From Minisyncoccota bacterium (lineage in GTDB: Bacteria > Patescibacteriota > Minisyncoccia > Phycocordibacterales > CAIJYI01): DNA of 64,000 nucleotides. The stretch is from the NCBI GenBank assembly GCA_023229825.1, contig JALNYN010000001.1, positions 14,422 through 78,421 of the forward strand. Direction: 5' to 3'. Made by a program: the position numbers and the translations under genes. Under the pieces are notes generated by a model. That model was not told the DNA's origin and searched no databases. It saw only the letters and a program-made list of their open reading frames with translations. Of the stretch, positions 60,124 to 64,000 are shown in pieces. The stretch's first letter is position 1. Every line of letters starts with the position of its first letter.

Positions 60124-61320
60124 ATGGCAGCAGAAGAATTCAAGCGGGATAAACCGCACGTAAATGTAGGTACTATCGGACACGTCGACCACGGCAAGAC
60201 CACTCTTACCGCGGCTATTCTCCATGTTCTCGACATGGCGGGAAAGACGGTTAAATTGAAAAGCGTTGACCAGATCGACTCAGCGCCGGAGGAAAAAGCT
60301 CGCGGAATTACGATCGCGCTTTCTCACAATGAATATTCGACCGATGCTCGCCATTATGCGCACATCGACGCTCCCGGACATGCTGACTATATTAAGAACA
60401 TGATCACCGGAGCCGCTCAGATGGACGGTGCGATCCTCGTGGTTGCCGCCCCGGACGGAGCTATGCCTCAGACTCGCGAACACATCTTGCTCGCGCGACA
60501 GGTTGGAGTACCGAAAATGATGGTATTCTTGAACAAATGCGATCTCGTTGATGATCCGGATCTGATCGAGCTCGTCGAAGAAGAAATTCGCGAACTTTTG
60601 ACCAAACAAGGATTTGACGGCGCGAACGCTCCTATTATCCGCGGTTCTGCGACCAAAGCTCTCGCTTCGAAAGATCTCAACGATCCTGACGCGAAAGCGA
60701 TCTTGGCGCTCTGCGATGCGATGGACACCTATATCCCGGTCCCTGAGAGAAAGACCGATCTTCCGTTCCTTATGCCGGTTGAAGACATCTTCACCATTGA
60801 AGGACGCGGAACTGTCGCCACAGGACGTATCGAACGCGGTACGGTCAAAGTCGGAGAAGAAATCGAGATCGTCGGACTCAAACCGACCGTTAAGACGACC
60901 ATCACCGGTATCGAAATGTTCAACAAATCTCTCAAGGAAGGATTTGCCGGAGACAATGCCGGAGTTCTGCTCCGCGGAGTCAAGAAGGAAGACGTTACTC
61001 GCGGACAAGTACTCGCGAAACCGGGTTCCGTTACTCCTCACACCGAATTCACCGGAGAGGTTTACATTCTCTCGAAAGAAGAAGGAGGACGCCACACACC
61101 GTTCTTCACCGGATACAAACCGCAATTCTATATTCGCACCACTGACGTTACCGGAGAAGTTACCTTGAACGAAGGAGTGGAAATGGTTATGCCGGGAGAT
61201 ACTGTCACTTTCAAAGTTAAGCTTATCATGCCGGTCGCGCTCGAAGAGAAGATGCGTTTCGCGGTCCGCGAAGGAGGACGAACCGTAGGATCAGGGGTTG
61301 TAACCTCGATCATTGCGTAA
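60124..61320 (+). CDS. tuf: Elongation factor Tu
   Basis: [28 protein letters not shown]. Confidence 0.98.
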   Translation: MAAEEFKRDKPHVNVGTIGHVDHGKTTLTAAILHVLDMAGKTVKLKSVDQIDSAPEEKARGITIALSHNEYSTDARHYAHIDAPGHADYIKNMITGAAQMDGAILVVAAPDGAMPQTREHILLARQVGVPKMMVFLNKCDLVDDPDLIELVEEEIRELLTKQGFDGANAPIIRGSATKALASKDLNDPDAKAILALCDAMDTYIPVPERKTDLPFLMPVEDIFTIEGRGTVATGRIERGTVKVGEEIEIVGLKPTVKTTITGIEMFNKSLKEGFAGDNAGVLLRGVKKEDVTRGQVLAKPGSVTPHTEFTGEVYILSKEEGGRHTPFFTGYKPQFYIRTTDVTGEVTLNEGVEMVMPGDTVTFKVKLIMPVALEEKMRFAVREGGRTVGSGVVTSIIA

Positions 61321-61322
61321 AA

Positions 61323-61405
61323 AGCTTTTAGCTTTTAGCTGTTAGCTTATAGACGTATCGTCGTCCGTACCCTAAAACCTAAAACCTAAAACCTAAAACC
61401 TAAAA
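61323..61405. repeat. Empty inverted heptamer arms
   Basis: (agctttt)n-gacgtatcgtcgtcc-(cctaaaa)5. Confidence 0.85.
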
Positions 61406-61407
61406 AG

Positions 61408-61833
61408 ATGCCTACAAAAACCACGACAACTAAACCGGCGGCCAAAGCGGTAAAACCGAAAGCGGCAGCACCTAAGGCTCCCGTGAAAGCGGTAAAAGCG
61501 GCGGTCGCGAAACCGAAAGGCGACGAGTTTCAGAAGCTTCGTATTCGCGTTCGCGCGTACGAGCACAAGATCCTCGATGCTTCGGTAAAGCAGATCATCG
61601 ACACGGCAGTTCGCTATGATGCGAAAGTGCTTGGCCCGATACCTCTACCTGCTGAGATCAAGAAATACACGGTCAACCGATCAACATTCGTTCACAAAGA
61701 TGCAAGGGAACAGTTTGAGATCCGCACGCACAAGCGCCTGATCGACATTCTGAACCCCAGCCCGAAAGTGATCGAGGCTCTCACGAACCTCTCGCTTCCG
61801 TCCGGAGTGAATATCGATGTTAAAATGATCTAA
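61408..61833 (+). CDS. rpsJ: 30S ribosomal protein S10 with Lys/Ala/Pro-rich N-terminal extension
   Basis: LRIRVRAYEH, GPIPLP, REQFEIRTHKRLIDI. Confidence 0.96.
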   Translation: MPTKTTTTKPAAKAVKPKAAAPKAPVKAVKAAVAKPKGDEFQKLRIRVRAYEHKILDASVKQIIDTAVRYDAKVLGPIPLPAEIKKYTVNRSTFVHKDAREQFEIRTHKRLIDILNPSPKVIEALTNLSLPSGVNIDVKMI

Positions 61834-61944
61834 TTATAATATCAAAGGTTACAAAAACACACGGCAAAAGACGTGTGTTTTTGTCGGTTCATTCCATGAA
61901 GGACGGTCCTTGGTTTATATTTTAGGCATGGTATACTCATATTT

Positions 61945-62655
61945 ATGAAACGCCATTTTGCCTTTGCTCCCGATGAATATTATCACGTTTACAACAGAGG
62001 GACGGAAAGACGTGTTATTTTTGAAGATGATCATGATTATAAAAGATTTCTCGTACTTTTATACCTAAGCAACGGCACCGCTGCGATTGACCTAAACGAA
62101 TATTTTTCTCAGGAAGGACGGTCCTTCCTTGAACTCTTTAGGGCTAACCGCGGGTCGCAAATTGTGGATGTGGGATCGTATTGCCTTATGCCTAATCATT
62201 TTCATTTACTGCTTCGAGAAAAAGTAGACGGAGGCGTCAGTACTTTTATGAAAAAACTTGGGACAGCTTATTCCACATATTTTAATAAAAAAAATACGCG
62301 GGTCGGACCGTTGTTCCAAGGTCGCTTTAAAGCGCAGCATGTTGATATTGACAATTATTTAAAATATCTGTTTTCATATATTCATTTGAACCCTGTAAAA
62401 CTCATTGATCCAAAATGGAAGGAGAAGGGGATTTTTGACATGAAAAAGACTAAAGAATATTTGAACGAATACCCATACTCAAGTTATCAGAACTTTCTCG
62501 GGAGGAAACAAATTGAAAAGGTGATACTAACCAGAAACCGCTTTCCTGAATACTTTAAAACAACGCATGACTTTGAAGAGTTTATAAATGATTGGCTGAC
62601 GTTTGACGATGAGTTTGATGTCCGTAGACCGTCAGGAAAGAGAAAAAGACTGTAA
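61945..62655 (+). mobile_element. RAYT (IS200/Y1 HUH family), copy 2
   Basis: YYHVYNRG, CLMPNHFHLL, LFQGRFKA, YIHLNPV; aaggacggtcctt palindromes at 61899, 62111 (in CDS) and 62663. Confidence 0.9.
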
Positions 62656-62835
62656 AATGACAAGGAAGGACCGTCCTTCCTGTAAAAGTTTGACAATACC
62701 TATTTGTTTGTTAGTATCAAAACCAGATTGCTGTGATGGTTGCGGATAGTTCGCAACCGTTTGAACAGCAACGGGAACCTTGTAAAACCCGCCGTCGCTC
62801 TCGACGAGCTATGGCGAGGCAAAGGAGAAACTGTC

Positions 62836-63522
62836 ATGAATAAGACGACTAAAGTTGTCACAGACGGTACAAAAATGAGCAATGAGCAGCTTGGCTTGCT
62901 GACTCGCCGCCATGATGAAATTAAACGAAGGATCAATGAAGGGGCAATTCATTTTGATGAAGTTGCAAAAGGATACCAGGCCATCACCGAAGGAGGAAGA
63001 ATTATTCAGCCGATCGTGATGCCGATGTTTACCGTTACCGCAACTGGAAAAGCACTGAAATATTCCCTTGGTCAACTTCGAAAAAAATGGTGTGTGGTTA
63101 GTGCCGGAACGGAACGATACGATTCGCTGGATCCTCCGCTTCAAAAAGGAAAAATACTTCTTCTTGGAATTATTCATTGTGATGAATTTCATCCCGATGA
63201 GCTCGAAACATCTATTATCAGGAAAGAAGCTCATCGAAGAGGATGGATCTCTCCACCGGCAGAAGTCGCTTGTCTCCTGCGCGAAAAATTTTCTACAGAG
63301 GATATTAATTCATTTGGTCTTACGCGGCTTGCTATAATGCATGAGCCATATCCTGACAAAACACCATATCTTGATCCTACGGATAGGAAGTCATGGGTTT
63401 GGACGCTTTGCGGACATGATACTCCTATCGGCGCGCTCCACGGAATACGATGCATGAGCTGGAATTATTTCAGCGAGGATCGGTACGGATTTGTGTTTCA
63501 AATCCCAAACTTCATCGGTTAA
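62836..63522 (+). CDS. Hypothetical protein
   Basis: AAGGAG SD before ATG 62836; terminator 63545-63575. Confidence 0.7.
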   Translation: MNKTTKVVTDGTKMSNEQLGLLTRRHDEIKRRINEGAIHFDEVAKGYQAITEGGRIIQPIVMPMFTVTATGKALKYSLGQLRKKWCVVSAGTERYDSLDPPLQKGKILLLGIIHCDEFHPDELETSIIRKEAHRRGWISPPAEVACLLREKFSTEDINSFGLTRLAIMHEPYPDKTPYLDPTDRKSWVWTLCGHDTPIGALHGIRCMSWNYFSEDRYGFVFQIPNFIG

Positions 63523-63642
63523 TATAAAATAGAAAATATTTACTCCCGCTTTGGCTTCAACCGAGGCGGGTTTTTAAAAAATTGACGATATTTTTTTAAT
63601 ATGTTTTACTCTAAAGAGATATAATTATTTGCGGAGGTTAAA

Positions 63643-63885
63643 ATGGGTTTGAGTCAATTCTGCGGTTTTGTTCTTATTCTTTGCGTGGTTTCACTCTTGA
63701 TAGTCCTTGCGATCGGGGCCGGTGCTTTGCTGCTGAAAAATTTTTTTCGATTTTTAATTTGGATAGGACGGGGAACATCGGAAAAAGCGAAAATATTTGT
63801 TCGTGATCAGTTGCCGGAATGTTGCCGGTTTCATCGACATCATTGCGAGCGTCATTGCCCTCACAACAAAAGAAAAACAGAGTAA
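63643..63885 (+). CDS. Small membrane protein with Cys/His-rich tail
   Basis: GGAGG SD, one TM, CCRFHRHHCERHCPH. Confidence 0.55.
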   Translation: MGLSQFCGFVLILCVVSLLIVLAIGAGALLLKNFFRFLIWIGRGTSEKAKIFVRDQLPECCRFHRHHCERHCPHNKRKTE

Positions 63886-64000
63886 AAAAAAGTCTCGGCA
63901 ACCGTCGAGACTTTTTATATTATACCGCTTTGTTTTTTTGCTCGCTTTTTATCCTCTCTGAACGGACGAGGAAAAATGTCCCTACCCATGAACCGAGAAC

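Noticed and set aside
1-64000. Alternative genetic code (UGA=Gly)
   Set aside because: Conserved genes such as smpB and the four-helix-bundle gene end at TGA, and long ORFs are intact under code 11

Overview
64-kb chromosomal window, genetic code 11. Gene content and style point to a Patescibacteria/CPR (Parcubacteria-like) genome, which is an inference. Housekeeping genes (adk, map, ndk, infC-rpmI-rplT, smpB-ssrA, ftsH, tuf-rpsJ, ald, bcp, beta-CASP RNase, a TraG/VirD4-like ATPase, a large S-layer-like protein) are interleaved with orphan genes and many palindromic or short-period repeats, two intact REP-associated tyrosine transposases (RAYT) and one truncated one. Main highlights: (1) three modular secreted-enzyme loci (two lipase-type alpha/beta hydrolases, one NlpC/P60) share a post-catalytic domain and are each followed by a small membrane or membrane-anchored gene. 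At two loci an unannotated probable C-terminal remnant of another enzyme precedes a second such gene, the layout of a polymorphic effector-immunity system. (2) An AT-rich operon beside tmRNA encodes a C5 methylase, a MORC/GHKL-histidine kinase and a receiver protein with a HEPN-like RxxxxH motif, but no restriction enzyme. (3) Orphan genes carry TTGACA promoters, strong Shine-Dalgarno sites and terminators, whereas core genes lack SD. (4) Unrelated repeat families share a GACGAC/GTCGTC junction motif, and filled and empty versions of the four-helix-bundle cassette both occur. (5) There is an unannotated 6S-like ncRNA and a 20-aa basic peptide gene. No CRISPR array, rRNA or tRNA was seen. All calls come from reading motifs; no database searches were run.
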